Shown here: positions 62,478-64,000 of the stretch, piece after piece | How the letters are laid out: each line of letters begins with the position of its first letter | How positions within the stretch are numbered: the first letter of the stretch is position 1 | Assembly (NCBI RefSeq): GCF_963921235.1 | Contig: NC_086105.1 | Span: forward strand, 26,784,001-26,848,000 | Origin: Mobula hypostoma | Lineage: Eukaryota | Length of the DNA stretch: 64,000 nucleotides | Reading direction: 5' to 3' | Translations under genes and position numbers: made by a program | The notes under the pieces: model-generated | Told to the model about the DNA's origin: nothing | Database searches by the model: none | What the model saw: the letters and a program-made list of their open reading frames with translations, nothing else

Positions 62478-63100
62478 CTTTTGGCATATTGACCTTCACA
62501 AATCAATGTATTGAGTACAGGAGTCAGGATGTTATGTTGAAGTTGTATAAAATGTTGATGAGGTGTAATTTGGGAGAATTGTATGCAGTTCTGGTCACCT
62601 ACCTACAGATAAAACATCAATAAGATTGCAGAAAAAAATTACAAGATGCTGCCAAGATTTGACCTGAGTTACAGGGAAAAGTTTAATAGGTTAGGAGCTT
62701 ATTACCTAGATTGTAGAAGATTAAGAGGAGATTTGATCGAGGCATAAATAACTATGAAGGGCATTGATACGGAAAATGGAAACTGGCTTTGTCCACTCAG
62801 GTTTGATGAGACTAGAACAAGAGGTCATGGATAAAGGTGATTGGTGAAATGTTTAAGGGGAACATGAGGGGGAATGCCTTCACTCAGAGGGTGGTGAGAG
62901 TGTGGAATGAGAGCTCTCAGTGAAAATCTTGGATGAGGATTTGATTTCAACAATTAAGGGAAATTTGAATAGGTACATGGATGGGAGGGGTACAGAGGGC
63001 TATGGTCTGGGTGCAGGTCAATAGGTCTAGGCAGATTAATCGTTTGGCATGGACTAGATGGGCTGAAGGGTCTGTATCTGTGCTGTAGTCTTCTATAACA
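62478..63100 (+). mobile_element. Degraded CR1 3' fragment
   Basis: FGILTFTNQCIEYRSQDVMLKLYK..., FTQRVVRVWNE and a CR1 3' UTR. Confidence 0.8.
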
Positions 63101-64000
63101 TGACTGATTAAAAAGAAGGGATAGAGAGACCAAAAGGAATTTCTGTGATGGGTCTGACTAACAAAATTGAGGGTGGTGCAACTGTAAGAGAGGGTTAATT
63201 GCAGTGGATCTGACTGCAGGAATGTGAATGACAACAGGATTAGAATGAGAAAGAGATCAAGATTTTTAAAAATTGCCAGAACAGTCAGATACAAACTGCA
63301 GAAGCAAAACATTACATAATAGAAATCTGAAATAAAACCAGATAATGCAGATCAGGCACCATCTGTGAAGACAGAAACAAAGTTAATCTTTTGGGTTGAT
63401 GACCTTCCATTAGAACTAGAAAAATTGTTAGCTAAAATCGCTGAATTCAGTGTAATTACAGAATTCCTGAGAGTTGTAATATGCCAAATTGGAAGGTGAT
63501 GATATTCCTGGAATTTACATTTGACCTTTATGGAAAAACTGGAGTGTGGAAAGACAGAGAAATAAAGGTAGAGTTGGGAAGAAATTTAAATTGACGGGCA
63601 AGGTCAATTTAAACTGGAGTTTTCTGGCAAAGTTGTGACTTTGTTTTCCCATTGTAGAGGAGGCTATAAGCACATGTATATAAAGTCATACCTCACAGCA
63701 GCAAGCCTTTGCTCACTGTTTCCATGCCAGCCATAAAGTACCTTTCAATACTGATCCACTTTACCAACACTTGATCTGTACCTTCTGTGCCCTGGCATTT
63801 CAAGTCAAGATTCAAGATTGCTTAATGCCATTTGCAGTACACAGTGTAAAGGAGAACAAAATAATTGTTATTCCAAATCTGATGCAGCACAAAAAGATAA
63901 AGAATGCAATAATAAAAAAACACAATAAATATTTTTAAAGTCTGTCCCGAGCCTTGTGACCCATCAGGCCGGTGCTTATGCCAGTTCCTGCAATAAATAT

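Noticed and set aside
60600-64000. Search for REP15 or PPFIBP1 exons expected upstream of MRPS35 by synteny
   Set aside because: Only repeat fragments were recognised; no supportable coding sequence in the 3.4 kb available.

Overview
Vertebrate nuclear DNA, AT-rich and repeat-dense. The repeat mix (CR1, V-SINE/HE1-like SINEs, Rex/Babar, Penelope, Tc1) suggests a cartilaginous fish, probably a ray; this is inference only. Three genes can be reconstructed exon by exon. KLHL42 exon 1 is on the minus strand (744..<1) and runs off the window. MANSC4 is on the plus strand with 3 coding exons (15984..20727, 351 aa). MRPS35 is on the minus strand with 8 coding exons (60444..30637, 334 aa). This is the same order and orientation I recall for human 12p11. 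The rest is mostly transposable-element debris: a near full-length CR1 LINE ending a few nt from an MRPS35 splice donor, two Tc1 elements, a hAT MITE, four solo LTRs with 5-bp TSDs, a Vingi-like LINE fragment and many Penelope-like pieces. The most interesting signal is a family of Penelope pLTR-derived repeats carrying a minimal type I hammerhead ribozyme. One copy has an intact catalytic core (25373..25410), and short non-coding copies have inserted with 14-bp TSDs. Also notable are a perfect 24-bp-stem hairpin at 61907..61975 and an AT-rich but CpG-retaining domain over MANSC4. Gene and family names come from recalled homology and hand alignment, not database searches. TE boundaries without a TSD or TIR are approximate.
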